A stretch of 64,000 nt of DNA from an uncultured Verrucomicrobiae bacterium (GCA_963761705.1 CAVXHK010000001.1:1925218-1989217), one strand, 5' to 3'. Shown: positions 26,472-36,917, counted from the first letter of the stretch. Notes: generated by a model not told the origin, from the letters alone. Numbers and translations: made by a program.

Positions 26472-27293
26472 TCAGTCGAGGGTTTTGGCGGTTTTTGGTT
26501 TGGTGAAGTCGACTTTTTCGTCGCCGAGGAATTTGATTTCGGTGACTTCGGCGGTGCGCATTTTGTCGCCGATGGCGTCGCCGTTCATTTCGTAGGTGAG
26601 GTGGGATGTCGGGAGGAGGACACCTTCGACTTCCTTCAAGTTTTCGTGGGTGAGGAATTTCTCGGGGCCGGGGCCGGTGCGGCCGAGGACGGGACTGGTG
26701 ACGACGTAACGGACGCCACGCAGTCGCTTGGTGGCGGGGTCGATCGCGGCGATGTAATAATCGTCGGGAGAGTCGCCGGTGCCGGCGTCGTAGGTGACTT
26801 TGACTTGGCGATAGGCCTGACCTTCGAAATCGATGTCGGGGAGGAGTTCAAAGTTTGTGCCGGGATCGGCGAGGACGAAGGGGAGGCCGACGAAGTAATA
26901 GGGCGTGAGGGCCCAGAACGCGGGCGGAGTGTCGAACTCGGCGTTGGCGGGATCGATCCACGAATTCTCGCCGTCCCAACCAAAGGAGACGCCGGGTTGG
27001 GCGGGCACGGTGTGAACGACTTTCGACGACCACGGGTCGACGGTCTCGACGGTGTCGACAACGGAATCGGGTCCTTGGTCCGCGCGGTGGTAGATCCACC
27101 GGAAGTGAAGCGGGCCGTTGCTGAACCAGCGTTTCAGGCCGCCGTGGGCGTCAATGGAATCGAGGATGAGCTGGCCGCCATCGGTCTTCGCGAGGCGGGT
27201 GGTGGATGCCGCGACGCGGGCGTCGATGGTGCTCTCGGATTGACCGAAGAGCGGAAGGGCGGTGGTGAGGAGGAGCGTGGTGAGGATTCTCAT
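26472..27293 (-). CDS. Hypothetical secreted protein
   Basis: 273-aa ORF with a signal peptide (MRILTTLLLTTALPLFGQS). Family not recognised. Confidence 0.55.
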   Translation of the reverse strand: MRILTTLLLTTALPLFGQSESTIDARVAASTTRLAKTDGGQLILDSIDAHGGLKRWFSNGPLHFRWIYHRADQGPDSVVDTVETVDPWSSKVVHTVPAQPGVSFGWDGENSWIDPANAEFDTPPAFWALTPYYFVGLPFVLADPGTNFELLPDIDFEGQAYRQVKVTYDAGTGDSPDDYYIAAIDPATKRLRGVRYVVTSPVLGRTGPGPEKFLTHENLKEVEGVLLPTSHLTYEMNGDAIGDKMRTAEVTEIKFLGDEKVDFTKPKTAKTLD

Positions 27294-27294
27294 G

Positions 27295-28320
27295 TCAGTC
27301 GGTGGGTTCGTCCCCGAGGCGGGCGTGGGGTTGGAGGTAATTTTTGACGTAATCGGCGATCGCGCGTTCGAGCGAGGTGGTCTCGTCTTCGTAGCCGGTG
27401 GCTCGGATCTTTCCGATGTCGGCGCAGGTGTAATATTGATACTGGTCGCGGATCGATTCCGGCATGTCGATGAAGTCGATCGCGGGCTTGCGGCCGAGGG
27501 CTTTGAAGAGGGCGCGGGCGAGGTCGAGCCAAGTGCGGGCGACGCCGGAGCCGACGTTGTAGAGACCGCCCGCGTCCTGGCTGTCGGCGAGGTGGAGGGT
27601 CATCGAGACGGCATCTTTCACGTAGACGAAATCACGCATCTGCTCGCCGTCGGCGTAGTCGTCGCGGTGGCTCTTGAAAAGTTTGATCCGGCCGGTGTCC
27701 TGGATCTGGTCGTAGGCCTTGCAGACGAGGCTGCGCATGTCGCCTTTGTGATATTCGTTGGATCCGTAGACGTTGAAATATTTGACGCCGACGATGTCGT
27801 TGAGATACCCGCGGCGCTGGGCGTGGAGGTCGAAGAGTTGCTTCGAGTAGCCGTAGAGGTTGAGCGGGCGGAGGCGGTGGAGATCGTCGCTGGTGTCGTC
27901 CATTCCCCGCTCGCCGTCGCCGTAGGTGGCGGCGGAGGAGGCGTAGACGAAGCGGGCGTTGCGGGCGAGAGCCCACTCGGCGAGCGTCTGGGTGTAGCGG
28001 TAATTGTTCGCGATGAGGTAGTCGCCGTCGGTCTCGGTGGTGGCGGAGCAGGCGCCGAGGTGGAAGACGCGATCGATGCGCCCGAAGGCGTCGGGGTCGG
28101 CTTCGATGCGGGCAAGGAGTTCGTCGGCCTGGAGGTAATCGTCGAAACGAAGCGGGGCGAGATTTCGCCACTTTTCGTCGTGCCCGAGGACGTCGGTAAC
28201 GAGGATGTCGTCGTGGCCGTCGACGTTGAGGGCGTTGACGATGGCGCTACCGATGAAGCCGGCGGCTCCCGTGACGAGGGTGCGGGGGCGCTTGTGCGAA
28301 TGCTTTTTCTTTTTACCCAT
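27295..28320 (-). CDS. hldD: ADP-L-glycero-D-manno-heptose 6-epimerase
   Basis: 341 aa with motifs VTGAAGFIGS, ASSAATYG, YGYSK, VGVKYFNVYG. Confidence 0.8.
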   Translation of the reverse strand: MGKKKKHSHKRPRTLVTGAAGFIGSAIVNALNVDGHDDILVTDVLGHDEKWRNLAPLRFDDYLQADELLARIEADPDAFGRIDRVFHLGACSATTETDGDYLIANNYRYTQTLAEWALARNARFVYASSAATYGDGERGMDDTSDDLHRLRPLNLYGYSKQLFDLHAQRRGYLNDIVGVKYFNVYGSNEYHKGDMRSLVCKAYDQIQDTGRIKLFKSHRDDYADGEQMRDFVYVKDAVSMTLHLADSQDAGGLYNVGSGVARTWLDLARALFKALGRKPAIDFIDMPESIRDQYQYYTCADIGKIRATGYEDETTSLERAIADYVKNYLQPHARLGDEPTD

Positions 28321-28335
28321 GGAGATGGAGGCGGA

Positions 28336-29022
28336 TCAGGGCAGGAGCCCGGATTCTTCGAGGGACTCAACGTAGGAGTTGGCTTGGTCAGCGTGAAGCT
28401 TGGTGCCGGACTTCGCGAGGTCCCGCGCTTTTTCCTTCTCGCCGCGACTGGCTTCCAGAGCCGCCCGGGAGAAATACCAAGCCGGCCCGTCGAGCGGGAA
28501 ACGGATGTTGCGAAGGGCGTAGTCGGCGCTGCTGCCTTCCCCCGCGAGGAGGTAGGAGAGGTAGAGCTTAAACTTGAGCAATGAGTTGCCGCCCGCGTCA
28601 TTCATCATCGCTCGAAAATGCGCGGCGGCTTCGGCGTATTTTTCTTGCTGGAAAAGAATCTCGCCGACGTTGAAACGAGCCGGGAAAAACGTGGGTTCGA
28701 TCTGGAGGACCTGGTTGAAGGTCGCAGACGCTTCGTCGATGCGGTCGAGCTGGACGAGGGCGGCCCCGCGGGCGTTGAGCAGGGCGGGATCGGAGTCGCG
28801 CACGTCGGCGGGGATCGCGTCGATGCGAGCGAGGGCGGCTTCGAAACGCTTCGCCTCGAGCTCGTCGGAAGCTCGCTCGAGGACTTCGCGGGAGCTGGCT
28901 TCAGCCTGGATCTTCGCGAAGGCCTCGTTGCGGGTCAGGCTGGGAGCGGTCACGGGTTGCGCGTCGAGCGAAGCAGTTGCGGCGAGTGCGCAGAGCAGAT
29001 GGAGGCGGCGGGAGCGTTTCAT
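28336..29022 (-). CDS. TPR-repeat secreted protein
   Basis: Internal Met (MKRSRRLHLLCALAATASLDA) of ORF 28336..29205. Has TPR-like helical repeats. Confidence 0.6.
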   Translation of the reverse strand: MKRSRRLHLLCALAATASLDAQPVTAPSLTRNEAFAKIQAEASSREVLERASDELEAKRFEAALARIDAIPADVRDSDPALLNARGAALVQLDRIDEASATFNQVLQIEPTFFPARFNVGEILFQQEKYAEAAAHFRAMMNDAGGNSLLKFKLYLSYLLAGEGSSADYALRNIRFPLDGPAWYFSRAALEASRGEKEKARDLAKSGTKLHADQANSYVESLEESGLLP

Positions 29023-29353
29023 TCCGGGACCCGGAAGGTAGTTCGGACGGCGGGGAGCGGGCAAACGAATCTTTGGCTCGCGGCCCGGAGTTACGTGGGG
29101 CCGCGGAACCGGGGAGGATCTTTCCCGGTGAGTTGGATCGCGAATTTGTGGGTCGCGGCTGGAGCCGATGGTGAGTTGGGTGGTCGTCGATTGAGCGAAC
29201 TGCAAAAGTTGCCGGGGGTCGGTCCATCACCATTTCACAGACGGTCGTTTCGGGCTACGCATTGGCTGGCACGTCCGACGCGTTGCCACGATGCACGGGA
29301 GGCTGCGGGCGGTGATCGATTTTCGATCCGCGCAAAAAGGGCGGTCGAGAGGG

Positions 29354-30763
29354 ATGATTTTTGCTACCTCGGTGGCCATGCGTCTCGCTGGCATCCGTCT
29401 GACCGTCCTTTTCTTTTTCGGTTTTGGGTTGCTCGTCGGTTCGTCCGCGTGGGCCGCGCTCCCGGAGGCGCTCACGGCGGAATTTGGCACGCCGCCCTCC
29501 CTGGGAGAGGCTCCGGACACCGCCGACGCCATTGGCTCGGGTGAGCCCGCGGCGACCGAGAACGAACTCAAGTTGCCCGTGAACGTGCTCGCGGATCTTC
29601 GGCGGGATTTTTTGCATGAAGAAAGCGCCTTGACCCGGAGGTTCACGTTCACGCTCGCCCCACGTTGGTACTACCGAAACGCTCTCAATGACGATGGTTC
29701 GCGGTCGGTGGCGGCAGCCTACGGTGGATCGTTTGGATTGGAGACGCCGTGGTTCTGGGATTTTCTCAGGCTCGGGTTCATCGGTTTCACGTCGCAACGG
29801 CTTTACGGACCAGCCGACGAAGACGGGTCCGGGCTGCTGGCCGCCGGGCAGCGGGGTTACACGGTGCTCGGGGCCGCGTTCCTCGATCTGCGAATTCGTC
29901 AGACGACGCTACGCGTCGGTCGGCAGCGAATCGATCTGCCTTACATCAACGGAAACGATTCCCGGATGACGCCGAACACTTTTGAAGCTCTCGCTTTGCG
30001 GTCGAAGGATTGGGACAAGCTTCGCGTGGGTTTGGCCCACATCTCGGGAATCAAACCTCGGACGAGCACGAGCTTCGAATCGATGTCTTCGGCGGCGGGC
30101 GCGCCCGGGACCGACGACGGGGTCACGGTCGTCGGGGCGCGCTACGAGTTTGCCAAGGAAACCTACCTCAGCTTCGTGAACCAAACGGGTTGGAACACGT
30201 TCAACACCTTCTACGCGGAGGGCGCTTATTTTCACCCGATCACCGATGACACGAGTGTGGAGGTCGGTGGGCAATTCACCGATCAACGCAGTCTGGGGCG
30301 GCAGCTCGGTGGAGATTTCGAAGTACAATCCGCGGGAGCCATCACTTCGTTTGGTTTCCGTTCGCTCATTGCCTCGGTGTCGGGGACGTGGACCTCGAAC
30401 ACGTCTGGAATCCAGAAGCCGTGGGGCGGGTCACCCAGCTACAACTCGGTCCTGATCGCGGACTTCGACCGAGCTGGGGAAACGTCTCTCCGGGTCGGGT
30501 GCTCGTATGATTTCACCGACGTCGGCCTTCAGGGTGTCGCCGCATCGACGAGCTGGACCTACGGCGTGACTCCAAATTCTGGTGAGACCGCGTCGCCGGA
30601 TCAGGGGGAGTACGACGTGAACTTTGACTACCGCCCGGAGTTTGCCCACCTCGATGGCGTCTGGTTGCGCGTGCGGTACGGAGTCCTCTACGCGGCGGGA
30701 TCGGGGCCGGGGCCGACCAGCGAAGACTTCCGCGTCATCTTGAACTATTCCGTGGAATTCTGA
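29354..30763 (+). CDS. OprD-family outer-membrane porin
   Basis: Start at MIFATSVAMRLAG... Contains the OprD-like motif IDLPYINGNDSRMTPNTFEA, and the terminal residue is aromatic (F). Confidence 0.65.
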   Translation: MIFATSVAMRLAGIRLTVLFFFGFGLLVGSSAWAALPEALTAEFGTPPSLGEAPDTADAIGSGEPAATENELKLPVNVLADLRRDFLHEESALTRRFTFTLAPRWYYRNALNDDGSRSVAAAYGGSFGLETPWFWDFLRLGFIGFTSQRLYGPADEDGSGLLAAGQRGYTVLGAAFLDLRIRQTTLRVGRQRIDLPYINGNDSRMTPNTFEALALRSKDWDKLRVGLAHISGIKPRTSTSFESMSSAAGAPGTDDGVTVVGARYEFAKETYLSFVNQTGWNTFNTFYAEGAYFHPITDDTSVEVGGQFTDQRSLGRQLGGDFEVQSAGAITSFGFRSLIASVSGTWTSNTSGIQKPWGGSPSYNSVLIADFDRAGETSLRVGCSYDFTDVGLQGVAASTSWTYGVTPNSGETASPDQGEYDVNFDYRPEFAHLDGVWLRVRYGVLYAAGSGPGPTSEDFRVILNYSVEF

Positions 30764-31002
30764 GCGACCGCCTGGTCCGAAGGCGGGTGAAATGGACCGT
30801 TGTTCGATGAAGCGTGGTCGGCGGCTTTGGTCGATCTCGCGGGGTGGGAACACGCGGTAATCTCCGGAAACCCAGATTTCTTGGGTCGGGTCCCTTCGGC
30901 GTCCAGGCGACGGTCGAGGCGCTTCGGAGCGCCGCCGTTCCTTGACTGGGGGGTGGGGGGCGGGTGATGGTCGCGGGGTCAGTTTGCTGCTGACTTTCCC
31001 CG

Positions 31003-32580
31003 ATGCCCGTTGGTTCTCTTGCCCTCATTTTGCACGCTCATCTGCCGTTTGTGCGGCACCCGGAGCACGAGGATTTTTTGGAAGAAGATTGGCTCTACGA
31101 GGCCATCGCGGAGACGTATTTGCCGCTCCTTCGGATGATGCGGCGGTTGAAGTCGGAGGGAGTGGGGGCGCGGCTGACGTTCACGATGACGCCGACGCTC
31201 TGCGAAATGCTGCGGGATCCGCTGTTGCAAGTCCGGGCGGAGCGGTATCTGGCCCGGGGCGCCGCATTGGCGCAAGCGGAGATCGAGCGCACGGAAGGAG
31301 ACGCGGAGGTCAACGAACTCGCTCGGTTTTATCTGCGGCGTTTCGAGGAGGGACTGGCTTTCTACGTGAAGGATCTGGGGCGGGACATCGTGGCGGCGTT
31401 CGCGGAACTGCAGAACGACGGGGTGATCGAAATCATCACGTGCGCGGCGACGCACGGGTTCCTGCCGTTGATGGAGCAATACCCGGAGGCGATGCGGGCG
31501 CAGATTCTCATCGGTCGCGATTCGTATCGGGAGTGCTTCGGACGTGACCCGCGGGGGATCTGGCTGCCGGAGTGCGCCTACGTGCAGGGGGTGGGCAATT
31601 TGTTGCGGGAGGCGGGGATCCGGTGGTTCGTGGTGGACGCGCATGGGCTGATGTTCGGGCAACCGAAGCCGCGGTTCGCGATTTACTCGCCTTATTTCTT
31701 GCCGGAGGGACCGGCGGTTTTTGGACGGGACCGGGATTCGAGCCGCCAAGTGTGGAGCGCAAAGGAGGGGTATCCGGGCGATCCGGCGTATCGAGAATTT
31801 TACCGCGATATCGGGCAGGATCTGCCGGAGGAATACTTGAGCCGATTCTTGAAGACGGATCACCGACGGTTTACGGGGATCAAATATCATCGGATCACCG
31901 GCGGGCCGGAGAAGGAACTTTACAACCGGGGCTGGGCGGAAGCGGCGGCGGACTCTCACGCGGGGCATTTCGTGGACAGTCGCGTGGGACAGATCCGGGC
32001 GCTTGCCCAGCAGTTGCCGGTGGAGCCGATGGTGGTGAGTCCATTTGACGCGGAGTTGTTCGGGCATTGGTGGTTCGAGGGACCGGAGTTTTTGGAGATG
32101 TTTTTGCGGAAGGCGGCGTTCGATCAAGACACGTTTCGACTGGCGACGCCGGAGGATTATTTGCAGCGGCACCCGACCCTGCAGCTCGTGTCGCCATCGC
32201 CGTCGAGTTGGGGGAACAAGGGGTATTGGGAGGTCTGGCTGGATCGGTGCAATTCGTGGATCTACCCGCACCTCCACGCGGCGGCGGCTCGGATGACCCG
32301 GTGCGCACGGGCGAACGAGGAGGCTCCCACGCCGGGGACGGAGCGAATCTTGCGGCAAATGGCGCGGGAGCTTCTGCTGGCGCAGGCGAGCGATTGGGCG
32401 TTTCTCATGAAGACGGGGACGGCGGTGGACTACGCGACCAAGCGAACGAAGGACCACGTGCTGAGATTCAACCGGCTTTACGAGGCGTTGGTGGCGGGGC
32501 GGGACGACACGGAGTTCCTTGCGTTCTGCGAGGGGCGGGACAATCTTTTCGCGGAAATCGATTGGCGGCATTACTTGTGA
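31003..32580 (+). CDS. GH57-family 1,4-alpha-glucan branching enzyme-like protein
   Basis: 525 aa. The N-terminal LALILHAHLPFVRHPE and WLPECAY motifs are recalled as GH57/DUF1957. Confidence 0.75.
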   Translation: MPVGSLALILHAHLPFVRHPEHEDFLEEDWLYEAIAETYLPLLRMMRRLKSEGVGARLTFTMTPTLCEMLRDPLLQVRAERYLARGAALAQAEIERTEGDAEVNELARFYLRRFEEGLAFYVKDLGRDIVAAFAELQNDGVIEIITCAATHGFLPLMEQYPEAMRAQILIGRDSYRECFGRDPRGIWLPECAYVQGVGNLLREAGIRWFVVDAHGLMFGQPKPRFAIYSPYFLPEGPAVFGRDRDSSRQVWSAKEGYPGDPAYREFYRDIGQDLPEEYLSRFLKTDHRRFTGIKYHRITGGPEKELYNRGWAEAAADSHAGHFVDSRVGQIRALAQQLPVEPMVVSPFDAELFGHWWFEGPEFLEMFLRKAAFDQDTFRLATPEDYLQRHPTLQLVSPSPSSWGNKGYWEVWLDRCNSWIYPHLHAAAARMTRCARANEEAPTPGTERILRQMARELLLAQASDWAFLMKTGTAVDYATKRTKDHVLRFNRLYEALVAGRDDTEFLAFCEGRDNLFAEIDWRHYL

Positions 32581-33932
32581 GAAAATTTTCAACGGTTCTC
32601 GTAATTTTCGCGGTGGTGGTGGGGGTGCGGGCGCAGTTGATCCCGGCCCCGGATGCGGTCGAGGTTGTTTCGGCGGATGGGGTGCCACCGATCCGGCTGA
32701 TGTTTACTCCGCCGGATTTGGCGGGTCGGTTCGTCCTCGGGATCTTCGACGCCGGGGGATCCTTGGTGCGGCGATTGGTGACGGATCGGGACGCCGCGGC
32801 GTTTGACAAGGGACTCAACGGCTACATCACCACTTGGGACGGCTTGGATGACGCCGGTCAGCCCTGTCCGCTTGGAAAATACTCGGCGCGTGGGTTTGTG
32901 ATCGGTGACGAGGTGGTGGTCCGGGGCGAGGCGTTCCATTTCAACGACTGGATCGACGAGGCCAGCGACGCGGCGGTGACACGGGTGGTCGACGTCGAGT
33001 TGGCCGATCAGTCGAATCTAATCGTCCTTTTCGAAGGCAAGACGGGACCGGTGCTCGAACGAGTGCCGGTGGCCGAGGGCGGGGCGGGCTGGACCGTGGC
33101 GGTGCCGGGAGCCACGAGTTTGGAGGGGTTGGCGGGGAGTTCGGTGCGGGTGCGGACAAAGGCCGGGGACCGAGCTTACACGCTGGACGACGGGGCGGCG
33201 GTCGCGTCGGACGTTCAGTCTGGTGCCGGCGGGTTGGCCCCGCAGATCGCGGGTGGGCGGGTGACCGATTGGTCGGCAGGCTTCGGCGAGACGCGGTGGG
33301 CGGTTGCGGAAACGGGTGCCCTAACGGCGGTGGTCCAAATCGGGCAGGACGGGGAGATCCTCCGGACTTTGCCGCTGGACGATGCGGGATTTGTGCCCGT
33401 AAGGATCAGTGCCTCGCCGGGCGTGGAGGCGATCGCCGTCGTGGAGATGCGTGGGGAGGAGCAGCGGGTGCGGGTGATGGTGCTGGAAACAACCGAGCCG
33501 ACCGAGATCGTCGACGGCCGACCGGTGTCGGACTGGCGAATCCTTCTGGAACGAATGATCACGCCGAACGAAAATTTTGGAGTTGTCGACGGCGAGGCGG
33601 TCGCGTCGAGCGGAGCGGCCTCCCGACCCCTGACGGCCGAGATCGCCTTGAATCCGAATGACCTGGACGTCGATGGGCAGGTGCTCCGGCTTTTGGCGGC
33701 GTTCGACGCTCAGGGGAGCTATCTGGCCACGGAGGCTGGTCTGCTTCTCGTGCGGGTCAGTGATCGAGCTGGCCTGACGGGAGTTGCGGCGGTGCCGGGG
33801 CTGGAGGCTGGGAGCGTGCGGATGTTTCAGGGGAATGGATCGGTCGTCGAAGAGTTTTCGATATTGAACCTTTCGGACATCGCCGCGTTCGATTGTGGGG
33901 ACTTTCAACTCGCGGGCTTCGGGGCGGAGTGA
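32577..33932 (+). CDS. Hypothetical secreted protein
   Basis: In-frame GTG 32577 overlaps the upstream stop (GTGA). Signal-like segment VRKFSTVLVIFAVVVGVRAQ. The upstream part of listed ORF 32067..33932 overlaps the GH57 gene. Confidence 0.5.
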   Translation: MRKFSTVLVIFAVVVGVRAQLIPAPDAVEVVSADGVPPIRLMFTPPDLAGRFVLGIFDAGGSLVRRLVTDRDAAAFDKGLNGYITTWDGLDDAGQPCPLGKYSARGFVIGDEVVVRGEAFHFNDWIDEASDAAVTRVVDVELADQSNLIVLFEGKTGPVLERVPVAEGGAGWTVAVPGATSLEGLAGSSVRVRTKAGDRAYTLDDGAAVASDVQSGAGGLAPQIAGGRVTDWSAGFGETRWAVAETGALTAVVQIGQDGEILRTLPLDDAGFVPVRISASPGVEAIAVVEMRGEEQRVRVMVLETTEPTEIVDGRPVSDWRILLERMITPNENFGVVDGEAVASSGAASRPLTAEIALNPNDLDVDGQVLRLLAAFDAQGSYLATEAGLLLVRVSDRAGLTGVAAVPGLEAGSVRMFQGNGSVVEEFSILNLSDIAAFDCGDFQLAGFGAE

Positions 33933-34450
33933 AGCGGACGAGTTATTCGTTTCTCGCCGTCGTTCTCGCAGCGACGGTGGCGGCCCGAGCGGCGGAGGAC
34001 ATCAAGGTGCCCTTCAACTTTCGGTGGGGAGATCCGCCCGCTTTGGTCGAGAGCACGGTGACGAAGGCGAAAGCGGAGGTCGTGAACGAGAAGGAGATCG
34101 ACGGTCGTCGGGCCATCATCGTCGAGGGACACCCCGATCCGCGGCTGAAGCGGTCGATTTTTTATTTCATGAACGACGCGCTGGCGGAGGTGGAACTGCA
34201 ATACGCCGACCCCTCGTGGGACACGTCGAAGTTGAACGCCATCTTCGAGCAGACGCGACGCAATCTGGATCGCAAATACGGGACCAGTCGCAACATCTCG
34301 CGATCGAAGACGCGCGAGGACGGCGTCGTGCAGACGGTGCTCGGCTACCAGTGGGCGCAGTCCTACACGTCGCTCCGACTGTTTCTCTACTTGGCTGAGA
34401 AGGACGCGGACAGCTTCCGGATGCTGAGCTACCACTACCGGGGGTTTTAG
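33929..34450 (+). CDS. Hypothetical secreted protein
   Basis: GTG 33929 overlaps the upstream stop. Signal-like segment VKRTSYSFLAVVLAATVAARA. Confidence 0.45.
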   Translation: MKRTSYSFLAVVLAATVAARAAEDIKVPFNFRWGDPPALVESTVTKAKAEVVNEKEIDGRRAIIVEGHPDPRLKRSIFYFMNDALAEVELQYADPSWDTSKLNAIFEQTRRNLDRKYGTSRNISRSKTREDGVVQTVLGYQWAQSYTSLRLFLYLAEKDADSFRMLSYHYRGF

Positions 34451-34576
34451 GGAAGGCGCGACCCGACGGGGAATTTTTGAAGCGGCGCTCCCGTGACGCG
34501 CTCGGGTCGTGTCTCGCAAGGCGAGCCGAGCGAGCTTCACGGGAGCTCGACGGTAGCGGCTTTGTCTGCCCGATCG

Positions 34577-35233
34577 CTAGTTGATGGACGTGGGGCGCGG
34601 CGGGGGTTCGGAGGGAATCGGGAATGGAGCGCTCGAAGCCGCGGTGAGCCGCTGACTGGCTGAGCTGCGCGGGAAACGGCGGGCCTCGAGTTCGTAGTAA
34701 GCCTGGAGGAGGTCGGGTTCGAGGCCGATGCGGCGGCGGGTCTCGGCGAGTGGGAGATCAAGGAGCGGAGTGAAGTCGATGGTTTCGATCGGTTCGCACG
34801 CCGAGACGTAGCCGAGGTGGACGGCATCGCGAAAGACTCGCGTACCCTCTTCGGAAAAACGGTAGGGCTTCGGATAGACCTTTGACGCCAGGAAGGCGAA
34901 GAGACGCTCCTCCGTGGTGGTGACTCTGTCGCTGGAGCCCATGGTGAAGCCGATGACAAACGCTTCGTCCATGAGCGTCAGGCCGCGACCGAGGATGATG
35001 TGGGCGTAGTCGTGTTGCTCGAGCGTGATGCGGCCCTTGAAGAATCCGAACCCGCCGTAGTGATATTTCGGATTCTCGCAGATCCGGATGATGAGCGGGA
35101 CGTCGGTCGGTGGGTTGCCGACGTCCATGAGCCGGGCGTAAGCTTCGCGCAGGGTGGTCTCGGTCTCGCTGAGCGGGACGAGAAAACTGGCGAGTCCCTT
35201 GGCGTTGAATTTCTTGGTTTCGCTTTTGGTCAT
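34577..35233 (-). CDS. Coq4-like protein
   Basis: 218 aa containing HDYAH followed 11 residues later by E (HDYAHIILGRGLTLMDE). This matches the HDxxH(x11)E zinc motif recalled for the Coq4 family. Confidence 0.5.
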   Translation of the reverse strand: MTKSETKKFNAKGLASFLVPLSETETTLREAYARLMDVGNPPTDVPLIIRICENPKYHYGGFGFFKGRITLEQHDYAHIILGRGLTLMDEAFVIGFTMGSSDRVTTTEERLFAFLASKVYPKPYRFSEEGTRVFRDAVHLGYVSACEPIETIDFTPLLDLPLAETRRRIGLEPDLLQAYYELEARRFPRSSASQRLTAASSAPFPIPSEPPPRPTSIN

Positions 35234-35964
35234 TGCGGGACGGGTGGATTGGCTTGGATGGTCTCGGTGTCGCTGGGTGCGAGATCGCGGACGAGGCGGT
35301 CACGAATCTGCCTGGCCTCGGCGAGACGGTTTTCGAGACGGCTGGCTTGCTCGGCGGCGGCGCTTTCGACCGCAGGATCCAGGCCCGCGGACGGACGAAT
35401 GAGAAGATCGATGTCCGCGCGGGTCTTTCTCATGGCGGCAACTCCTTTCTCGACGGAAGCAACGAGACGTTTGGTCTCGTTGTCCCCGAGGGCTCCGTTG
35501 GCGAGCCGGTCGAGGTCGGCCAGCCAGGCCTGGGCGAGGTTCGCGATCATGGTCGCGATCTCGGCTTCGATGGGCGTGACGTGGTCGTCTTCGATGATGG
35601 CGGCGTCGACGTGGCGTTTGTTGGCGAGAAAGTTGGGGAGGCTGAGGCGAAAAGCGGTGCCACAAGCGACCGGCAGTCTCGGCGTGAGTTCGGCGAGGAG
35701 GCGTTCGATGCGGGCGTTGGCGTCGCGGACTTGCTCTTTGCGCAACCCGATTTCCTGAGCTTGCCGGAGACCGCTCCAATGCCGCCGCCACCACGCGACG
35801 ACGCCCGTGCCGGCGAGGGTCGCACCGGTCGCGCAAATCCACCAGGGTGCCCCGAGGAACGAATAGGCGGCGGCGAAGGGCAGGAACGGGAGCCAGGTAA
35901 CTGGGTCCGTGAGAACGCGGGTGAGCGTGCGGGAGGTGGCTTGGACCTGAATTTCCCCGGACAT
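35230..35964 (-). CDS. Hypothetical membrane protein
   Basis: 244 aa with two N-terminal hydrophobic helices and then a helical soluble part. There is a 4-nt overlap with the downstream gene. Confidence 0.5.
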   Translation of the reverse strand: MSGEIQVQATSRTLTRVLTDPVTWLPFLPFAAAYSFLGAPWWICATGATLAGTGVVAWWRRHWSGLRQAQEIGLRKEQVRDANARIERLLAELTPRLPVACGTAFRLSLPNFLANKRHVDAAIIEDDHVTPIEAEIATMIANLAQAWLADLDRLANGALGDNETKRLVASVEKGVAAMRKTRADIDLLIRPSAGLDPAVESAAAEQASRLENRLAEARQIRDRLVRDLAPSDTETIQANPPVPQ

Positions 35965-36059
35965 GCTCGGAAACGATAGCGTGGTCGGCGAGGAGTGCGA
36001 AACGTGGAATCCGCCTTTCGACTCCGCCTTTCGGGTAGTGTCCTAGTTTGAGTTACCCG

Positions 36060-36917
36060 TCAGGGAGTGTTGAAAGGTGGTTGATTGGTGCCATCGGCAA
36101 AATCGAGGGCAATTTTGAGCGGTGGTTGAACCTGATCTGAGTCCAATACTGCTGATTTTGGCGTGCGGGCCAATTTTCGCTCAAACTGTCTCTTGAACAA
36201 TTCGACGTACTCAATCAACGCGTCAAAGTCATCCGGCAGGAGTTCTTCACCCGAGAAGATCAGCTGTGCAGAGTTTCCCCCGAGTGGAATTGAATATTGA
36301 GCAAGCATCTTTTGATCAGTTGGTAATGCAGGAATCGCGGTTACTGATGGGGCCTTAATTCGGGTTTCCTGCTGTTTTTCAATCCCGCCATCGCCTCCGC
36401 GTTCTTCATCTTGGGTATCGTCGGTGCGGGAGTCATCCGAAACGATACTAGGACGATCAAGTTTGGCAAACTCTCGATTTTCAATAAAGACATCCGCTAC
36501 TTTCCTTGCTCTATCAGGAGTGAATCCACTCTGGATCAGCTGGCTTTTGATGATCTCGATCCCGCAGTCATCAAATCCCTGTAAGGCATCGGTGAAAACT
36601 TTCGGCGTCAATGCAGCTTCTCTCACCGCCTGAATTTTCTGAGCCTCGCCAACGGGGTGGAGGGCCTTGATCGCAAGCTGCGTGATCGCCACCTTACTCT
36701 TCGGGCGGTCGATCAGCCCGTATTGTGACAAACTGCCGAGAGCTGACAGCGCAGACCCGTTCAGTCCGGAATATCCCAATGCCTTCACTGCTGATTCTGG
36801 AGGAACTGCGGTTCCTCTAATCTGCAGGTAAAGTTTTCCCGCGAGATCGAGAGCTGATTCAAGAGTAATTCCTGGTGCCCTCGGGCTCCTGTCTTTCGAT
36901 TGGGTCTCTCCACTCAT
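36060..36917 (-). CDS. Hypothetical protein (cargo of the IS1-like element)
   Basis: 285-aa ORF. The N-terminal ~100 aa look winged-helix-like, followed by an acidic linker (DDSRTDDTQDEERGGDGG). Family not recognised. Confidence 0.5.
   Translation of the reverse strand: MSGETQSKDRSPRAPGITLESALDLAGKLYLQIRGTAVPPESAVKALGYSGLNGSALSALGSLSQYGLIDRPKSKVAITQLAIKALHPVGEAQKIQAVREAALTPKVFTDALQGFDDCGIEIIKSQLIQSGFTPDRARKVADVFIENREFAKLDRPSIVSDDSRTDDTQDEERGGDGGIEKQQETRIKAPSVTAIPALPTDQKMLAQYSIPLGGNSAQLIFSGEELLPDDFDALIEYVELFKRQFERKLARTPKSAVLDSDQVQPPLKIALDFADGTNQPPFNTP

Noticed and set aside
30979-32688. Very long ORFs antisense to well-supported genes. Examples: 569 aa at 30979..32688 (minus), 348 aa at 17643..18689 (minus), 343 aa at 19352..20383 (plus), 526 aa at 50459..52039 (minus), 444 aa at 52097..53431 (minus), 404 aa at 59029..60243 (minus), 330 aa at 62814..63806 (minus).
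   Set aside because: Their translations are dominated by Arg/Pro/Gly/His runs with no recognisable motifs. Each lies opposite a gene with clear family signatures. Stop-codon-poor antisense frames are expected in GC-rich DNA.
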